Under the pieces are notes generated by a model that did not search any database, was not told the origin of the DNA, and saw only the letters and a program-made list of their open reading frames with translations. This document shows positions 62,929 through 64,000 of a stretch of DNA of 64,000 nt, piece by piece (position 1 is the stretch's first letter; each line of letters begins with the position of its first letter). The stretch lies in assembly GCF_009914755.1 (NCBI RefSeq), contig NC_060930.1; one strand, given 5' to 3'. This stretch comes from the human T2T-CHM13v2.0 reference genome, Homo sapiens. The translations under genes and the position numbers were made by a program.

Positions 62929-63604
62929 ACGTATATCTATAAATACTTAAAAAGTATGAAGTACTACAATATTAATATTCTTAGATATATAACTAAAAGG
63001 GTTGGATGGTAAACAAAGTACTTGGACATGTTTCTGGTAAGTTTCTCTATGAGCTGGGACATAAGTTTTACATTTAATCCTATTTTCTATGTTAAAGGAG
63101 GATAAGTGAGTTTTACCCATTGAACAAATAGACCCACTACTCATATTTCACAATTAGCTGCTTTATGCATATTTGACCAACGTTGCACTTTAAGCAATTA
63201 CAGATAACACTTAGTCCTGGACTTACAGATGGTTTGACTTATGGATGGGGAACGCAGTAGAATATTGTGTTCCCAATAATGCTGCCTATTTACAAAAGCA
63301 GAGTTGCCATCCTTTTCATTAGTTAAAAGTGAATAGTTTTTACTAATTAAATTAATATTTAATATTTAATTTGTGTCAATTAAATATGCACAAATTCTGC
63401 ACAACCCTCAGCCCCCTTTTGCAGATTCTGATATGACAGTTGAGTATTATTATATGAGTAATGATAACTGTCAGGGCCAATGTTGGAAGCAACCATGTGA
63501 CCTACTAATACAATATTTATCCTCTGTCCCTTTGATTTTCTGTTTAGTAGGCTCTCCAAATTATCACTCATTATGTATCCCAAAGCAGAAATCAGTGTAG
63601 GTAG

Positions 63605-63795
63605 CATTACTAAACTTAGCAAATAAAAATATGGGATGCCAAGTTAAATGTGAATTTCAGAAAAATGAGTGCTTTTCTGGTATAAGTATGTCCTATGCAT
63701 AAGTATGTAGGGGTACCGTTTTGCTAAAAATTATTTATTGTATATTTGAAATTTATATTTAGCTGGATATCATGTATTTTATCTGGTAAACATAT
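63605..63795. mobile_element. MER53 palindromic MITE
   Basis: TTAGCAAATAAAAATATGGGATGCCAAGTTAAATGTGAATTTCAG...TGTATTTTATCTGGTAAAC. Confidence 0.75.
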
Positions 63796-64000
63796 ATATA
63801 GGATATAGCCAGTGACATAATTCCTGATGCCATCACTGGTCCTTTGGCTCAGACCACAGTATTTCTAATATCAGCGGAGCACAGCTAGATTGTTCAACTG
63901 TTGCATCTGTTAAGGTGGTTAGAAGATGGTATTTCATGGAACAAGAATATTTACTATGCCTTCCTTTATCTAAGTGCCTTTAATATGTTTCCTTTTATTT

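Overview
AT-rich, repeat-dense primate (most probably human, chr6q12) intronic DNA. The host gene is EYS on the minus strand. One coding exon is visible (47652-47908, 257 bp, EGF-like repeats, matching EYS exon 12 from recall) and it ends in a GC-type splice donor. In the upstream intron, antisense to EYS, lies a full-length intronless retrocopy of ZC3H11A (ZC3H11C/LOC441155-like; 805-aa open ORF with 5'UTR, 3'UTR, poly(A) and TSD). It inserted into the middle of an AluY and appears to carry the parental CpG-rich promoter. The rest is nested transposons: L1s of several ages, Alus, MaLR/ERV-L/ERV1 LTR elements, MER DNA transposons and a tailless U2 retropseudogene. The most unusual signals are: (1) a TSD-flanked chimeric provirus with an ERV-L (MLT2) 5' LTR, a MaLR internal region and an MLT1A-type 3' LTR, joined exactly at the PBS; (2) the Alu-embedded, promoter-carrying retrogene with an altered C-terminus; (3) a candidate decayed EGF-coding EYS exon at ~60.1-61.2 kb. 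Repeat subfamily calls are from recalled consensus sequences, not database searches.
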